From NCBI GenBank assembly GCA_903813345.2, contig CAIIXF020000001.1:37076001-37140000 (forward strand): DNA of 64,000 bases, in the 5' to 3' direction. Under the pieces are notes generated by a model, which did not search any database, was not told the DNA's origin, and was given only the letters and a program-made list of their open reading frames with translations. The stretch is from Owenia fusiformis. Lineage: Eukaryota. Made by a program: the position numbers and the translations under genes. Below, piece by piece: positions 61,560 through 64,000 of the stretch (positions are counted from its first letter, which is position 1; the number at the start of each line of letters is the position of its first letter).

Positions 61560-64000
61560 TCTTCTTCTAAGTTTCTAACTAGTGTGCCGATCTCTCGCCA
61601 TCAACTTATCGATGTCAGTGTATACAGTCTATAGAAGTAGTCGTCGCTAGGGCCTAATACAAACAAACTCGACTCTTATTGGATTTGGAGATTGACATGT
61701 GAACAGCCGAATATGACGAATGAAATGATTGGTTGAATTCCTCAAAAGATTATCAAACAGTTTTTCACCGGCAGTTTTCTTAATTTAGACGCATTTATGT
61801 TTGATTAACGTCTATGGATACCATTGTGAGGACAATAGAATAAATTCAATTCCCGGATTATGAATTGTAGTTGTAATTCATTTTCGATTGTTAATAGAAA
61901 CATGTAAATATCAAAGGGGGTTGAGTAAACTAAACAAACGTGTTTCAGATCATGCCAAGGGTTGAAGTGCATGGTTAAAACGTCCTGCTAGAATTTCAAG
62001 TACGGGTATAAAATGAATAGCCATGTTCGTCCTGTTCTTGCATTTAAACCCGTATCTCATATACCGAGTAAGATGTAATGGTAGGGGGGGGGGGGGGGGG
62101 GGTAGAGGGTATTCTTGCAAGACTACAATAGTCCCTAAGAAACACGACAAGATATCTAAAATAGAATATTATATCCATGAAACTCCAAGCTTTAGTCATT
62201 CAAAGAAACATCCTATGAAAGAAACTAAAAAGGGGCAGATGAAAAAATTAAAATCTTTTTTAAATTTTTTTTTTTGTTCATTTATGTATTGACGTGTTGC
62301 AAAAAGCTCGCGCACGCATTGTTACACATTTTGTGGCGTAATCCAGAGGATCCTCGCTTTTAACATGATAGAATGTGACGTTTTTGAGAAAAATGTACAC
62401 ACATGAAAATCCTTTCGTCCTCCACATTTACCTCTATATCTCAAAACATTTTAGACGAATAACTCTGATATCATATATATATTGTTAATGGGCTAGGAGC
62501 ATCATAAAACACGAATCAATTGATATTTTAGGTGAAATAAATATACGTGTTGCTGTGCTTGAAAATAGGCGAATGGCGTAAATTAGCCCTATTTTAATGA
62601 ATTCTGAAAACCTTTCGTCCTCCACTTTTCCACATACAGCAGAAAACTAGAGTTTAGGAGCAAAATAATCATGTATGATTTATTAAAAATTGATCTCGTA
62701 TTTTTTGTTTAATGTACACCTGAAAAGTTGAAGGTACCAAAAAATGAGCAAAAAAGGTCGCTGTCAACAGATTCTATTTTTCAGACTCTATGACGTCACA
62801 ATATGGGACGCTTACTAAAATTCATCCTTTGAAATAAAACTTCCATCTACCTTTATCAAGACGAAAAATAAGTATAATAGTCATATATTGTTTAAGTTAT
62901 GAGCGTTTAAAGACGAAAAATAATTCAAAATGTAACGTGTCAACATGGGATATTTGCCAGATGTTTTGGTAAAAAACTCTTTTTTAAAAACGAACGCGCA
63001 AAAAATGTGAACGGAGTGTAGTTGATCTAAAATCTTCATCGAAACAGCTTTAAAATGATATATAACTTTAATTAGAATATTATCTTATAATCCGGGGAAT
63101 CAAAGTTACATTCACGCGATACCCTTAAAAAACAAATGCGCCACCTTTTTGCGACACGTCATTTCATTTCAAAAATAGTAAAAACACCTTTAAAAAACGG
63201 AACAATGTTCAAATTCACACGAATTTTTTCAAGATTAAGATTTAAGCTGATACATATATAATCCATTGATTTGATTTCATGATCATTGATCACAATTTTC
63301 ACAAAGTTTCACAATTGTAATTCGAAATCATCATCAAGTACATTTCTTGGCAGTTAACAATCAATAATTCTTAAGAGAAGGGACGCTTAAGTTATAGTTA
63401 TTTAAATGGTTATACAATAAAAAAGTATGCACACCGTGATGCATAATTGGTCACAAATCATTTATCTGTATTAATCACTACAGGTTCTAGGTGTACATGT
63501 AGAGCATGACTACCTTTAATGAGACGACATACATAACATTAATGGACATCCTAAGGCAGAAACACGATACCACCATTACATAAAATTACGCTAATAGTAT
63601 TCTAATTAATAATAAAAAGTATTATATCATCAAATAACTATCATATACTAATGCCTTTACTGTTTTTTTATCACATGGCAATATTTCACCATATAATGCT
63701 TTGATAAATCCTCTAGTTCCTACGATATTAGTCAATTTAACGATGACATTTTAAGTTTGAACAAAGTCTGCTTTGCAATGTCATTTTTGTAGAAAATTTT
63801 TCATCCCTCTATAGTCAAAGTCACTGCCCCTCAGCTTGCTGGCGTTAACCGCATTTAACGTAATCAAATTGGTAGACAAAATTTGAAAACATTCGCTAGT
63901 AGTACACGGTGCACATCGAGTAAACGCACACTTGTAAACAACTGTTCAGACATCCTGAACATCTTAAGAATTTTATCCGCCATTTTGAGTACGTTTACTC

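Noticed and set aside
62100..63128. Possible Kolobok-like element ending ...GATACCCTTAA with internal repeat cctttcgtcctccac
   Set aside because: Looks repeat-derived, but a matching left TIR and TSD could not be identified.

Overview
AT-rich animal genomic DNA with spliceosomal introns; the gene content suggests a marine invertebrate, possibly a spiralian (inference). Three protein-coding genes can be assembled by hand from phase-compatible GT-AG exons. (1) A small secreted EF-hand protein gene on + (exons 5229-5284, 5954-6084, 9185-9231; 3' end unresolved), largely invisible in the ORF track. (2) A large, atypical TALE-class homeobox gene on + (probable non-coding first exon near 12690-12775; CDS join 27539-27670, 33295-35623, 43109-43375, 44027-44139, 44855-45064, 46750-46929; 1076 aa). 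It has an ~820-aa Q/P/S-rich N-terminus, a divergent MEINOX-like domain and a TGIF-like homeodomain with an unusual recognition helix ([11 protein letters not shown]), followed by a probably very long 3' UTR. (3) A C7orf31/SPMIP4-like microtubule inner protein gene on - (join 61559-61423, 59226-58842, 58538-58275, 57875-57748, 57560-55904; 856 aa). The rest holds many MITEs, a Helentron/DINE-type element, a deleted mariner, minisatellites, and a 4-kb foldback element built from two inverted 3' ends of an Academ-like transposon. All homology calls are from recalled motifs, not database searches.
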